A stretch of DNA of 64,000 nt from Candidatus Woesearchaeota archaeon (GTDB lineage Archaea > Nanobdellota > Nanobdellia > Woesearchaeales > WAPJ01). A program made the position numbers and the translations under genes. This document shows positions 19,420 through 30,344 of this stretch, in pieces (the first letter of the stretch is position 1; each line of letters opens with the position of its first letter). The stretch covers positions 464 through 64,463 of the forward strand of contig JBLKOQ010000003.1 of assembly GCA_047602885.1 (NCBI GenBank), written 5' to 3'. Below the pieces are notes generated by a model. That model was given only the letters and a program-made list of their open reading frames with translations, was not told the origin of the DNA and did not search any database.

Positions 19420-19950
19420 ATGGCAATCAAAATAATAATGGTAATGATGATAACATTTCTGGTGGCAGCATGCACTAGCAGTCATGGAAATCCTAAAGCT
19501 GTAATAGAGACGAACTATGGGACTATGACCCTAGAATTATACAAGGACAAGGCTCCTATTACAGTAGAGAACTTTATGAACTTAACAAGACAAGGGTTCT
19601 ATGACAATCTGACATTCCACAGAGTTATAGAAGGCTTCATGATACAAGGAGGAGACCCTAGAGGTGATGGTACTGGAGGGCCAGGCTATTCTATTCCTGA
19701 CGAGTTTCACCCAGAATTAAGGCATGACAGTATAGGAATATTAAGCATGGCAAATGCAGGGCCGAATACTGGGGGGAGTCAGTTCTTCATAACCCTTGAT
19801 GCTACTCCTTGGCTGGACGATAGGCACAGTGTCTTCGGCAAATTTATAGAAGGAGAAGACGTACTGTTGTCTATAGGAAGAGTAAGTACAGGGGCAAGGG
19901 ATGTTCCTATAGAACCTGTAATAATCAGTACTATTAGAATAGTAGAATAA
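19420..19950 (+). CDS. Cyclophilin-type peptidyl-prolyl cis-trans isomerase, probably a secreted lipoprotein.
   Basis: HRVIEGFMIQGGDP and SMANAGPNTGGSQFFIT. N-terminal hydrophobic segment with lipobox-like VAAC. The ORF caller begins at a TTG at 19414; the ATG at 19420 lies 26 bp downstream of TTTATATT. Confidence 0.85.
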   Translation: MAIKIIMVMMITFLVAACTSSHGNPKAVIETNYGTMTLELYKDKAPITVENFMNLTRQGFYDNLTFHRVIEGFMIQGGDPRGDGTGGPGYSIPDEFHPELRHDSIGILSMANAGPNTGGSQFFITLDATPWLDDRHSVFGKFIEGEDVLLSIGRVSTGARDVPIEPVIISTIRIVE

Positions 19951-19957
19951 TGATGTT

Positions 19958-20482
19958 TTATCGCATCGAAAAATATCCTGTTGTTATGCCACCTGCATCA
20001 TCAGAGAAAACCCTTATCATGTTCCAATCACTCTTTAGGACTTTGTCAAGCACTCTAGGATTCTTCTCTTGCAACAATTGGCTATACTCTTCTCCTAACA
20101 ATCCTTTAACATTAAATATCATGTTATCAAGCCTCTTAGGACTTAGGCATGCTATCTCTACAGCATGATAATTATGCTTTGCATCATTGAATATTCCATT
20201 GTATACTATGCACCTGTCGTGGAGGTATGCTTCATGAGCATAAGATGATATTCCAGGATGAATTATTCCAAAACCATCAGGTATGATATCTTCTGTTATT
20301 ACCCTGCTCCCTTTAAGACAATCATTAACAGACCTGTAAGCTGCTGATACTATTGTCTTGGCACCCTCATTATCTATGCCTTCAATAGTATCTTCTATGC
20401 TCTTGCTATGTAGTTCGAGTCTTGATAGTGAAATCCATTCCATGCCAATATCGACATTAATGTAGTATATATTATTATCCAA
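19958..20482 (-). CDS. Hypothetical protein (174 aa).
   Basis: ORF only. Confidence 0.45.
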   Translation of the reverse strand: MDNNIYYINVDIGMEWISLSRLELHSKSIEDTIEGIDNEGAKTIVSAAYRSVNDCLKGSRVITEDIIPDGFGIIHPGISSYAHEAYLHDRCIVYNGIFNDAKHNYHAVEIACLSPKRLDNMIFNVKGLLGEEYSQLLQEKNPRVLDKVLKSDWNMIRVFSDDAGGITTGYFSMR

Positions 20483-20580
20483 AAAATGATTGTTGTACTA
20501 TTATAATTATTACTATGATAGGACTATAGAATATAATGTATATGGCAAAATAATTAAAGAAGGCATATAAAAGTGAGCTG

Positions 20581-21108
20581 ATGAATAACAACCACATTAT
20601 ACTATTGGGAATGCCAGGATCAGGAAAGAAGACACAAGCATTAGAGCTACAAAGACAGGCAGGATACAATCATATATCATTACAGGATACTATTGATAGC
20701 AGGTCATCTGGTAATCGAAATGATAGTCCTCATATAACACACTCATACCCCGACGATATTCTAAGTACGAGTATAGAATCCCTTATAGCAGGTTATAATG
20801 GAAGCCCTCTCGTATTGGAAGGATATCCAAACAATTTAATGCAGGCACAATATCTTGAAGGAATAATTCCAAACCCTATAATAATGCATCTTGACGTTAA
20901 GAAAGCGTTGGCGGTAGACAGGCTTATTAAAGAGCACGAAGGCAATGATAGTATTATAGATATCGTTAATATGAAGATGCAGTATTATAATGATAATACT
21001 ATGACACTCATAAGATGGTATAGGCTTAAAGGCAAAGAATATTATCGTGTGGATGCAAACAATCCTATAGATAGAGTGCATCAAGACATAATGCGACTTA
21101 TAGGATAA
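20581..21108 (+). CDS. P-loop nucleoside monophosphate kinase (adenylate-kinase-like).
   Basis: Walker A GMPGSGKKTQALELQ. Short (175 aa, no LID domain). Confidence 0.5.
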   Translation: MNNNHIILLGMPGSGKKTQALELQRQAGYNHISLQDTIDSRSSGNRNDSPHITHSYPDDILSTSIESLIAGYNGSPLVLEGYPNNLMQAQYLEGIIPNPIIMHLDVKKALAVDRLIKEHEGNDSIIDIVNMKMQYYNDNTMTLIRWYRLKGKEYYRVDANNPIDRVHQDIMRLIG

Positions 21109-21127
21109 CCTGCTATCATGACTCAGA

Positions 21128-21865
21128 TTATAAATGGTTTTTTATCCAGTCATAACCCCTCTCTTCTAGCTCGTCAGCAAGTTCGGGGCCCTTATGCAAT
21201 ACTATTCTGCCGTCTATCATAATAGCAACACTGTCAGGCTCTATTAGTCCTAATATTCTGGAATAATGGGTTATTATCAGAAAGCTCCTATCATCAGACC
21301 TCATATTATTAACTGCTAATGACACTATCTTTAGAGCATCAATATCCAACCCAGAGTCAGTCTCGTCCAATATGCATATCTTTGGTTTTAAGAGCATCAT
21401 CTGTAGCATCTCAAGCCTCTTCTTCTCCCCTCCGGAAAATCCTACATTAAGATACCTGTTACTAAACGATTCTGGTATCTCTAAGAGTCTCATAGCCTCT
21501 TTTAGCTCTGATAGGAATTCTTTGAAAGCTATCTTTCCTCTCTGGGACTCCATAGCCGCTTTGAGGAATCCGCTGACAGTAACTCCTGGTACTGCTATAG
21601 GATACTGGAATGACATGAATATTCCTTTACGTGCCCTCTCATCAGGCTCCATAGTAAGGATATCCTCACCATCCAATGTGATGCTGCCACTAGACACTTC
21701 ATATTTTGGATTCCCCGATATTACATGGCTAAGAGTGCTCTTGCCACTACCATTAGGACCCATTACTGCTATTACTTTTCCTTTAGGAATCTCTATGTCA
21801 ACACCATTAAGTATCTTCTTGTCCTCTATTCCTGCTACTAATCCTTTTATTATCATAATAGTCAC
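21128..21865 (-). CDS. sufC: Fe-S cluster assembly ATPase SufC.
   Basis: ABC ATPase with Walker A GPNGSGKST, signature FSGGEKKR and Walker B ILDETDSGLD; typical SufC length. Confidence 0.9.
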   Translation of the reverse strand: MTIMIIKGLVAGIEDKKILNGVDIEIPKGKVIAVMGPNGSGKSTLSHVISGNPKYEVSSGSITLDGEDILTMEPDERARKGIFMSFQYPIAVPGVTVSGFLKAAMESQRGKIAFKEFLSELKEAMRLLEIPESFSNRYLNVGFSGGEKKRLEMLQMMLLKPKICILDETDSGLDIDALKIVSLAVNNMRSDDRSFLIITHYSRILGLIEPDSVAIMIDGRIVLHKGPELADELEERGYDWIKNHL

Positions 21866-23074
21866 CTATAATATTTTATTTACGGCATTCTTGTAAGCGC
21901 TAAAAAAACTGGTTATGTCATCTTCATTATTGTAAATGTATGCTGATGCTCTTAGAGTTCCACTAATTTTTTTATGGTTCATGAAGGGCATTGCACAATG
22001 GTGTCCTGTCCTAACAGCAATCCCCATGCTGTCTAGCATTAGTCCAATATCATTATGATGTACTTTAGGATGATATAATGATATTATAGGCAATAATCCT
22101 GTATTATGGCCTGATAATATTCTTGTAGTATCTTTGGGTAGGGAGTCTTCCATGCAATCTTTAATAGTCTTATTGATCATATTGGCATGCGCCTTTATCT
22201 TAGCTCTTCCTATCCTGTTAAGATATGATAATGCCTCGTTAAAGCCTGCTGATTGGGCTAATGGCATCGTACCTGCCTCGAACCTGTAAGGGCTCTTTTG
22301 GAACTGGGTATTATCAATCGTTACTTTGGATATCATCTCACCACCATAAGAGTATGGCATAAGATTGTCCAATAAATCCTTCCTTCCGACCAGCACTCCT
22401 ATTCCTGTAGGGCCTAGCATCTTATGAGCGGAGAATGCATAAAAGTCTGCTTTGGAATCCTCTATGTCAAGCATCATATGAGGGGCTGACTGCGCCGCAT
22501 CCAACAGTGTATAAGCTCCTACCTCATTAGCCTTCCTTACAATACTATGATAGTCAAGTATTTCTCCTGTAACATTAGATGCCATCGTACTGGCTATTAT
22601 TGCAGTATTATCATTAATCATGGACAAGTCATTATAGTCATTGCCCATAACATTAAACTTCATGTTATTCCTTATTGCATGCTGCTGCCATGGAACAAAA
22701 TTAGCATGATGCTCTATTATCGTAGTAGTATACTCTTTTTTATTATTGTCCAGCAATGGACTTATACCATTAGCCACTATGTTGATTGCCTCGGTAGCAT
22801 TCTTTACGAATACAATATCATAATTGTTAGGAGCGTTAATGAAACGCTTAACGTTAATCCTCGCATTCTCGTATATTTCTGTAGACTCATTGGCAAGAGT
22901 ATGGTTACCCCTATGAATATTGGAATTATTATTATTGTAGTATGATGATACTGCCTCTATAACTGATATGGGCTTATGAGTAGTAGCAGCATTATCCAAG
23001 TATACTATCTTATTATTCTTTACAGTTCTTTTTAGTATGGGAAAATCATCGATAATACTATTAGTATTCATCAT
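21866..23074 (-). CDS. sufS: Cysteine desulfurase (SufS-like, PLP-dependent).
   Basis: PLP-lysine region SAHKMLGPTGIGVL; HH...RTGHHCA near the C-terminus. Confidence 0.8.
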   Translation of the reverse strand: MMNTNSIIDDFPILKRTVKNNKIVYLDNAATTHKPISVIEAVSSYYNNNNSNIHRGNHTLANESTEIYENARINVKRFINAPNNYDIVFVKNATEAINIVANGISPLLDNNKKEYTTTIIEHHANFVPWQQHAIRNNMKFNVMGNDYNDLSMINDNTAIIASTMASNVTGEILDYHSIVRKANEVGAYTLLDAAQSAPHMMLDIEDSKADFYAFSAHKMLGPTGIGVLVGRKDLLDNLMPYSYGGEMISKVTIDNTQFQKSPYRFEAGTMPLAQSAGFNEALSYLNRIGRAKIKAHANMINKTIKDCMEDSLPKDTTRILSGHNTGLLPIISLYHPKVHHNDIGLMLDSMGIAVRTGHHCAMPFMNHKKISGTLRASAYIYNNEDDITSFFSAYKNAVNKIL

Positions 23075-24087
23075 GAATCACCTTTGATTAATGAATCTGA
23101 TACTATCCTGGATATTCTCTCCTCATAAACCGTTAGGAGTTCTCTAGGAAAAGAGCCTAGTACAGGGCTAAGAAATGATGATATTAGCATGCTAAGAGCA
23201 TCCTCTCTACTAATGCCTCGGGACATTGCATAGTATAATGTTTCTTCATCCACATTGCTGACAGTAGCGCCGTGACTGCACTTGACATCATGGTTTCCTA
23301 TCTCCAGGTTGGGTATGGGCCTTGCAACAGCATTCTCTCCTAACAGTATGATATCTTCTTGCTGGTATCCATTACTATTATGAGCGTTGGGCTTGATAGT
23401 AACATCGCCTTGTATTATTGCACTGCTATTATCAGATATTATTGCTCTTATCTTCATGTCACTCTCACTGTTACTTGAGTCATGGTCAACATCTGATTCT
23501 GCATCTATCTTACTGTTATTATAGGAGAATATTCCGTGGATAGGATAAACCTTTGCATTATCACCCTTCAATAATATCCTTGACTTTCTATAAGAGTCAT
23601 TCCCGGTAATTACCAGTTCGTTAATAGTAAGTGTTGCATTCTCGCCTATTATTCCTTTAAGAAAGAAAGCAGTCTTCCCTGTAATTGTTTGTTCATGGTC
23701 ATCCTGCACTATTATAAGAGTGATATTCGATGACTTATTACATTTTATTATGATAGCGCTCGATAGTATTCCCAGTATCCTATTATCGTCATGCTTTATG
23801 TGTACTGTAATAGTCGCATTGTTTTTGGCGTCTATTATTATTCCTCTGGAACCCAATGTTATAGTTTTATCAGAATCTATCATAATATTATCGTATTCGA
23901 GTGAGGAGAGTATATGCTTTTCTAATGGTATATCCTCTAATATTTTTTCTTCAGACAATAATCCTATAGCATTATTGTTTGATCGTTCTATAGTAGAAGC
24001 TTTCCTGTCTTCTTCCATAAAAGGGCTTACAACTCCAAGGCCGTATACGAGGCTTGGCTTGATTACTTGAGGGATGCTATTAGCCAT
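23071..24087 (-). CDS. sufD: Fe-S cluster assembly protein SufD.
   Basis: C-terminal beta-helix with VKCSHGATVSNVDEETLYYAMSRGISREDA, paralogous to the SufB C-terminus. Confidence 0.75.
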   Translation of the reverse strand: MANSIPQVIKPSLVYGLGVVSPFMEEDRKASTIERSNNNAIGLLSEEKILEDIPLEKHILSSLEYDNIMIDSDKTITLGSRGIIIDAKNNATITVHIKHDDNRILGILSSAIIIKCNKSSNITLIIVQDDHEQTITGKTAFFLKGIIGENATLTINELVITGNDSYRKSRILLKGDNAKVYPIHGIFSYNNSKIDAESDVDHDSSNSESDMKIRAIISDNSSAIIQGDVTIKPNAHNSNGYQQEDIILLGENAVARPIPNLEIGNHDVKCSHGATVSNVDEETLYYAMSRGISREDALSMLISSFLSPVLGSFPRELLTVYEERISRIVSDSLIKGDS

Positions 24088-24092
24088 TATAA

Positions 24093-25502
24093 TCAGCCCA
24101 GACTCCCTTCCATTTCCAATGCTATTAGCCTGTTTAGCTCTACAGCATACTCTAAGGGAAGCTCTTTTATCACAGGCTCTATAAATCCTGATACTATCAT
24201 CTGGACGGCCTGCTCTTCTCCTATGCCTCGGGACATGAGATAGAATATTTGTTCGTCGCTAATCCTTCCTACAGTGGCCTCGTGACTAATAGTAGCAGTA
24301 TTGTTCTGTATGTCCATTACAGGATAAGTGTTTGATTCTGAATGATTGTCCATCATCAGAGCATCACACTCCACATTTAGTGTTGCATTCTTTGCATTCT
24401 TAGCCACTTTTACTATGCCCCTATAACTTGTTATTCCTCCTTCCATGCTAATGCTCTTGCTCGTAATAGTAGCACTGGTATTGGGGGCCAGCATGAACAC
24501 TTTGGCGCCTACATCCTGATTTTGCATTTTTGATGCGAATGCTATGCTGATATGATCAGATTTTGAACCTCTCCCTCTAAGAATACTGCTAGGATATAGC
24601 ATTGTTACTCCACTCCCAAGATTTCCGCCCACCCATTCTATAATGCCATTATCGTCTACGAGCGCGCTTTTAGTGTTAAGATTATAAGTATTCCTAGACC
24701 AGTTCTCTACACTGCTATATCTTGCTCTCGCGTTCTTCTTGACAAATACTTCTACGCAGCCAGCGTGTATTGATGAAGCGTTGTATTGTGGCGCTGAGCA
24801 TCCCTCAATATACTGCAGTTTTGCATTTTCCTCTACTATTATAAGGGTGTGCTCAAACTGTCCCATCTTAAGGCTGTTCATCCTAAAATATGCTTGTAAT
24901 GGTAGATGAACTTCAACTCCTTTAGGAACAAATATGAATGTCCCTCCACTCCATACCGCATAGTGAAGTGCAGAATACTTATGGAGGGTGTAAGGAACGC
25001 ATTTAGAAAAATATTCTTTTACTAGGCCTTCGTGTTCTTTTAATGCCACATCCATATCCAAGAATATTACTCCCTTGTCTTCCCATTCTTTTTTTAGGGA
25101 GTGATATACTACTTGTGATTCAAACTGAGCTCCTACTCCTGCAAGGGACTTCTTTTCGGCCTCAGGTATTCCAAGCTTGTCATAAACACTTTTTATTTCT
25201 TGAGGAACATCATCCCAGCTATTGGCGTTACTCTTGGCATCAGGCTTAACAAAATAGGTAATATTATCCAAATCGAGTCCTACAAGGCTTGGACCCCATT
25301 CAGGATTAGGCTTGTTTATATAGAATTTTAATGCTTTTAACCTTAAGTTGAGCATCCATTCAGGCTCATCCTTGTCTTTGGAGATCATTCTTACAATATC
25401 CTCAGTAAGCCCTTCTATAGCCCTATACTTATGAGGCCTTAATAATGGTGCGTCAAGCACCTTTTGGAGTTCCAACGATTCTGTAGACTGCATCCAAACC
25501 AC
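24093..25502 (-). CDS. sufB: Fe-S cluster assembly scaffold SufB.
   Basis: 469 aa. ISHEATVGRISDEQIFYLMSRGIGEEQA and conserved core. A TATA-like box (TTTTATAC) lies about 30 bp upstream on the minus strand. Confidence 0.9.
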   Translation of the reverse strand: MVWMQSTESLELQKVLDAPLLRPHKYRAIEGLTEDIVRMISKDKDEPEWMLNLRLKALKFYINKPNPEWGPSLVGLDLDNITYFVKPDAKSNANSWDDVPQEIKSVYDKLGIPEAEKKSLAGVGAQFESQVVYHSLKKEWEDKGVIFLDMDVALKEHEGLVKEYFSKCVPYTLHKYSALHYAVWSGGTFIFVPKGVEVHLPLQAYFRMNSLKMGQFEHTLIIVEENAKLQYIEGCSAPQYNASSIHAGCVEVFVKKNARARYSSVENWSRNTYNLNTKSALVDDNGIIEWVGGNLGSGVTMLYPSSILRGRGSKSDHISIAFASKMQNQDVGAKVFMLAPNTSATITSKSISMEGGITSYRGIVKVAKNAKNATLNVECDALMMDNHSESNTYPVMDIQNNTATISHEATVGRISDEQIFYLMSRGIGEEQAVQMIVSGFIEPVIKELPLEYAVELNRLIALEMEGSLG

Positions 25503-26043
25503 CAGTTAACAATTGTTAATTAGTTTTGGGCTTTAGTATAAAAAGGTTATTGTATTATGGTCAAATTTGTATCAACACAATAAGATACTGCGCAAACCTT
25601 CTATCTCAAATCTCTACATCTTGTACAGACCAAATACTATTAAACCAGTAGTATTATCATGACAGAATGAGCAGAGTATTAATGCTGGACTTAGAAGGAG
25701 TATTAATAGCAAAAGCAATTCCAGGGCCTGGAAGAGATATCGCTGTAAGACCATACGCGCATAGGTTTACGAAAGAAATACCCCCTCTGTTTGACCGAGC
25801 ATATCTAAATACTTGTGTTCTAAAGGATAGAGATTGGACTTGAAAGGTTCGCTCGTTGCGATTCTCTCTCATAATTTTTTCCCTCAGCTCTCAATCACTA
25901 AGTACGTGAAGGAGGATAAAACTTTCCTTATATACGATGACAAAAGAAAAAATGTTTGAAAGCTTTGTATAATAGCGGTTACAAAGGACTTAATCCATAT
26001 ACAATCTCTTATAAAAAATTACTGTTCTAAATGTAAAAAAAAA

Positions 26044-28035
26044 TTAGCGGCGAGTATTATCTTTATTTTCTTTCTTAACAAACAATACTACTGATAAAAA
26101 AATGAGCGTGGCACTAATAATCATCTTTGCAATGCCTAGACCAAATATATGATGGATATCTCTATTGTTAGTTATATTCCTAAGAATTATTATGTCAAAA
26201 TAACCAGATGGACTGTTAACAATAAGTACATAAAAAGTAATCGGAATACGTTTTTCTTCATGATGCGAATAGGATATAAGCGGTATTCTTGCATGACCCT
26301 CTTCATGAGTTGAGATATTTCCCTGTATTAATCGAATGGTTCGGAAATTTATTGTAATCCATCTTATTCTGCTTTTACCAACAGGATCACCTTTTATATT
26401 CTTCAAGTACACATCAGTCCAATATCCTACATCAACCCAACCATGCTTAGAACCAATATCATATTCAGGGTCAAAAAAGGAGACATTATGATGATCAAAG
26501 GTCGTATTTATTAGCCTTACGTAGCCAGACGGACTAGATACTAATAAATCAAAATCATTAGATAATTTACTGTTAATCGTACTATCAGTTATTTCGCAAA
26601 TCTGCGAGTCACTTAAATATGGAGTTATCAGCAAATAAAATCCTCTCGATTGTTTTCCTAGAGTATTAATATTAACCTTACTCAATGAGCATTCAAACCT
26701 CAAATATGAAACGACCATTCCCTCAGAACGGTCTCCAATAGTGCTTATGTTAACCTCATCCAAGTTTAAAGACAATGTACTGGTTGCATTAATACCTGAA
26801 GAAATATTACCTACAGTAATTATACTACTACGCGAAAGACTAAAAGATTTATGTCTGCCGCTCGGGATCATAATCCCACTGGACGACACTCCGGATGTGT
26901 GTATATTAGTATCTTCTACTCTCCAACTTCCCGTAGCTCTTATCCCCTCTGAAAAATCACCAAAGGTAGTCATATTCACGTTCTTAATACTGCCTGCACC
27001 AAGAGCAGCTACAGAATAATTTCCATATGTAATGACAGTAACATCATGCATTTCAAATGAAGAATCTGAAAGAGCTATTCCAGTGCTTCTATTTCCCATT
27101 GTTTTTATACGACTGTCCTGAAGGCTAAGGAAATAGCTAAGAAAAGAAGAATAGCCAGTTGCAGAATCCCCAAGAGTTACAATCTCAGTTCTTTTAGCAA
27201 ATATGCCTCTAGAAACCGATGCAATAGAAAAACCCGCAGAATGTTTACCAGTAGTATGAACAGTGATATCAGTCAAAGAATGGTTACGCGAAATTTGTAT
27301 GTGTACTCCAGTTGCAGAATCACCAGAGGTGTTAACTCTCAAGTTGCTCATGTTCCAAAAACGCGTGTAACCAGTATGAATGCCATAACTATAACTACTT
27401 GCAGTACTTATATTTAGATTGGTTAATGAAACATTATCAACATAAAAAATTATACTATTAGGCTCACTTGGACCAAATACACCTCTTTGAGGACTGCTAT
27501 TTTTTCCAAGACCATATATTGATGGACAAGGATTACTAATAGAACATATATTAGGATTGCTTTGTATAACATTGCAGTTGATTACACTCACATTGTTAAT
27601 ATTTAATGATTGAGACCATATAAGTACTCCATAACCTTCTTCATCTGAACTATAATCAATCGTGTGCCCTTTACAGTCCAAGACGACATCACTTACATTT
27701 ATTTTAAAACAAGTCCCGGAAGCATTTACATTGCTACTGAGAAAGTAAGATCCAGGCCTGCTAAGAACCTGACATGTACTTATATCATTAATAAATCCTA
27801 TATGCTCATCATCATATAACTCACCAATAGCATAATTAACCAAACCATCAAATGAAACCAAATCATTATCAAAATTATACTCAAGAAAACTCAAATCATC
27901 ATCCAAACCAAAAATAAAGCCAGAACAAATAAGAACCATAACACCAAAAAAGATACTAAAAATTAACCACCGATTACCCATACACAACAATTCCAATAAT
28001 GCTATAAAAACCTTTCTGAAACAAGTAAAACCCAC
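26044..28035 (-). CDS. Surface protein with right-handed parallel beta-helix (PbH1-type) repeats; N-terminal TM/signal anchor and C-terminal TM anchor.
   Basis: Periodic ~22-aa repeats (xxTxGxxSxGIxxS), N-glycosylation-like NxS/T sites, and the terminal hydrophobic segment IISATLIFLSVVLFV followed by KKENK. Confidence 0.6.
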   Translation of the reverse strand: MGFTCFRKVFIALLELLCMGNRWLIFSIFFGVMVLICSGFIFGLDDDLSFLEYNFDNDLVSFDGLVNYAIGELYDDEHIGFINDISTCQVLSRPGSYFLSSNVNASGTCFKINVSDVVLDCKGHTIDYSSDEEGYGVLIWSQSLNINNVSVINCNVIQSNPNICSISNPCPSIYGLGKNSSPQRGVFGPSEPNSIIFYVDNVSLTNLNISTASSYSYGIHTGYTRFWNMSNLRVNTSGDSATGVHIQISRNHSLTDITVHTTGKHSAGFSIASVSRGIFAKRTEIVTLGDSATGYSSFLSYFLSLQDSRIKTMGNRSTGIALSDSSFEMHDVTVITYGNYSVAALGAGSIKNVNMTTFGDFSEGIRATGSWRVEDTNIHTSGVSSSGIMIPSGRHKSFSLSRSSIITVGNISSGINATSTLSLNLDEVNISTIGDRSEGMVVSYLRFECSLSKVNINTLGKQSRGFYLLITPYLSDSQICEITDSTINSKLSNDFDLLVSSPSGYVRLINTTFDHHNVSFFDPEYDIGSKHGWVDVGYWTDVYLKNIKGDPVGKSRIRWITINFRTIRLIQGNISTHEEGHARIPLISYSHHEEKRIPITFYVLIVNSPSGYFDIIILRNITNNRDIHHIFGLGIAKMIISATLIFLSVVLFVKKENKDNTRR

Positions 28036-28075
28036 TATACAGTAACAATAAGAGAAACGAAAAGTTCTAACTGAT

Positions 28076-28118
28076 GAACCTCTCCACCCTAAAATCCGAG
28101 GTATTCAGGATATAATAA
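28076..28118. repeat. Dispersed repeat, monomer-form copy (variant 3' end).
   Basis: CCACCCTAAAATCCGAGGTATTCAGGATATAATAA shares CCTAAA..CCGAGGTAT with the other copies and AGGTATTCAGGATATAATAA with the 29538-29625 copy. Confidence 0.55.
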
Positions 28119-28165
28119 GGCAAAAATAAATAGAAGCCCATATAAAAGGAGTCTTCTAAATTAAT

Positions 28166-28900
28166 ATGATGGTTCGTAAAAAATTCTGGGAGGAATGGAA
28201 AGAAAAGACCTTATGGGAAGAGAGAGCCATAAAACATGCGATAATAGCCAAGAGAATAATACTACACAGTATTCCTAAAGATGAGATTCATAGTATATAC
28301 ATTAAAGGGAGCATGGCAAGAAGGGAAATGAACGAGAAAAGTGATGTAGATACACTAACAATAGTAAAGCATTCTGGTATGTTAAGTAAACTCAATAATT
28401 TACATGCTATTCATGGAAAGAAGTATAAGATGGATATAGACTTTAGCGGATACTCTTTATGGGAATTACGACATAACAAGAAAAGCAATCAAGGAAAAGC
28501 CGATAGACCTTCACCAGCAAGAACAATGCATCATATCCAAACATATAAGTTAATATATGGAGAGGCATTGAAGAATAAGACATTTAAGAGCACAACCAGT
28601 AAAAAGAGATTGAATGAGATGACTAAAGTATTCGAAGATAAGTTCCTACCGAATTATGAAAATGGATTATTCAGTTTCAGCGATATCATAAAACAAACAT
28701 TCTGGCTCGTAGAAAATGAACAATCATCTTTAGGCAATAGTCCATTTGGTAGTTGGAAAGAATTGAAAGATAGCATACAAGACAAAAAGCACATAATACA
28801 TGATGCTTACAACCTAAGAATAAATCATACAAAAGATAAGGCTATAAGAACAAGATTTATTCGAAAGCTGAAACAGTACATAGAAAGACTAAAAGATTAA
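28166..28900 (+). CDS. Nucleotidyltransferase (Pol-beta superfamily; KNTase/ANT-like two-domain architecture).
   Basis: Minimal NTase motif GSMARREMNEKSDVDTLTIV and a helical C-terminal domain. Confidence 0.6.
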   Translation: MMVRKKFWEEWKEKTLWEERAIKHAIIAKRIILHSIPKDEIHSIYIKGSMARREMNEKSDVDTLTIVKHSGMLSKLNNLHAIHGKKYKMDIDFSGYSLWELRHNKKSNQGKADRPSPARTMHHIQTYKLIYGEALKNKTFKSTTSKKRLNEMTKVFEDKFLPNYENGLFSFSDIIKQTFWLVENEQSSLGNSPFGSWKELKDSIQDKKHIIHDAYNLRINHTKDKAIRTRFIRKLKQYIERLKD

Positions 28901-29033
28901 CTTACCTCAAAAAAGTAATCCATACTAGTAGCAATGAATTATTGGAAATAAGGGTTGTGTTACAATTAAAAATCATTAAACATTGTTATCAGTAAAATCC
29001 AAAAAGCGTATTCCAGGATAAACCGACTCTATC

Positions 29034-29393
29034 TCATGACTTATCATGCACACAGTTGCTTATTACAGACTGATAAACCTTGATGACATTATCGTAGTGA
29101 GGAACAAAATCTGTTGCTCTTTTACTACCAACTACTGCTAACTGAAGCATTCCTTCTAGCGTAGCTTTTCTTCCACGACCAAAAGAGTTCAGGGATCCTC
29201 TTGGCATTAAAGGAACACTATCATTGTTTGTGTTTGTAATCGTTTCATGAAAATACAATTGATGAGCAATGTCCAGCCATTGGTCTTCTGTTAAACCATT
29301 ATAAGGTTCTTTTGTTGCCATATAACTGTATATTGCCCTTATAATATAATCCGGTAAGATTATTTCTTCTGGTAGTTTTTCCATAAAACCCAT
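29034..29393 (-). CDS. Hypothetical protein (119 aa).
   Basis: ORF only. Confidence 0.4.
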   Translation of the reverse strand: MGFMEKLPEEIILPDYIIRAIYSYMATKEPYNGLTEDQWLDIAHQLYFHETITNTNNDSVPLMPRGSLNSFGRGRKATLEGMLQLAVVGSKRATDFVPHYDNVIKVYQSVISNCVHDKS

Positions 29394-29537
29394 AGTTATA
29401 TGGGCATATTAAATAAATTATTATTAGGATAAAGACTATTAGTCACCAAAATGTAAAGAAATGACAGTGTTTGAATAATTTCAATCCTACTTATTATACA
29501 GGAATAACATCTAAACGCAATGATTCGAAAAAAAAAA

Positions 29538-29625
29538 CACAAACCCTCCCTAAAAGACATTATATGTTAGAGTTAATGGTAAAACTGCTATCGGCCTAAA
29601 GGCCAAGGTATTCAGGATATAATAA
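29538..29625. repeat. Dispersed repeat, degenerate dimer copy.
   Basis: CCCTCCCTAAAAGACATTATATGTTAGAGTTAATGGTAAAACTGCTATCGGCCTAAAGGCCAAGGTATTCAGGATATAATAAAA. Confidence 0.6.
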
Positions 29626-29708
29626 AAAAGAATACTCTAATCACCAACATACAAATAGCTGACCTTTGCAACTATATAATAGTAAATATCATTATATTTA
29701 TAAATAGA

Positions 29709-30344
29709 TTGTATTTCCATAGCATAATGAAAGGAAAGCTTACACAAAAGGAAGTCGAATTGTTATCCCATAGGAACCTAAGACTGTTGTCACCAGACTG
29801 GCAGGAGATTAGGACAGGATATTATCCTAACACTGCATTACTGGATGCAACGAATGTACCTGCAGAATACTTGGGATACCATGTGGGCAGTTCAAACCAG
29901 ACTGTACTTACTGCAACCAAGCCTTTAGAGGAACACCCCGAAATATCATTAAAAAACGTATTCTTCTCCCTAAGAAAAGATGCTCTTGAACACTATCTTA
30001 ATATGAGTCTTGAAGAGTTTTTAGTGTCAGACAATGATGAGATGGTATATTTTGTAGATTATAAGACAGTAAAAGAGGGGCGCGTACAAACATCATATTC
30101 TCCTGCAGTATTGTTTCAAGACAAAATTATGGCAAAAGAAGAAGCTTATGAGAATAATCTAGTAGGACTAGTAGAGTTAATGCAAGAATATGATGACTGG
30201 ATAGAAAATTATACTATAAGATACAATCCTAACAGATATGAAAGATATAACAATAGGAAGAATATAAATTATATCCTGGTAAAAAGTCCCATAAAAGTAA
30301 TACTAGGTTTAAACCCACTCATACCTATAAGATTTACCTCCTGA
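29709..30344 (+). CDS. Hypothetical protein (211 aa).
   Basis: ORF only. Confidence 0.4.
   Translation: MYFHSIMKGKLTQKEVELLSHRNLRLLSPDWQEIRTGYYPNTALLDATNVPAEYLGYHVGSSNQTVLTATKPLEEHPEISLKNVFFSLRKDALEHYLNMSLEEFLVSDNDEMVYFVDYKTVKEGRVQTSYSPAVLFQDKIMAKEEAYENNLVGLVELMQEYDDWIENYTIRYNPNRYERYNNRKNINYILVKSPIKVILGLNPLIPIRFTS

Noticed and set aside
25657-25872. 71-aa minus-strand ORF in the sufB upstream spacer.
   Set aside because: Low-complexity, unprotein-like translation with no start context. The region is treated as non-coding (see finding).
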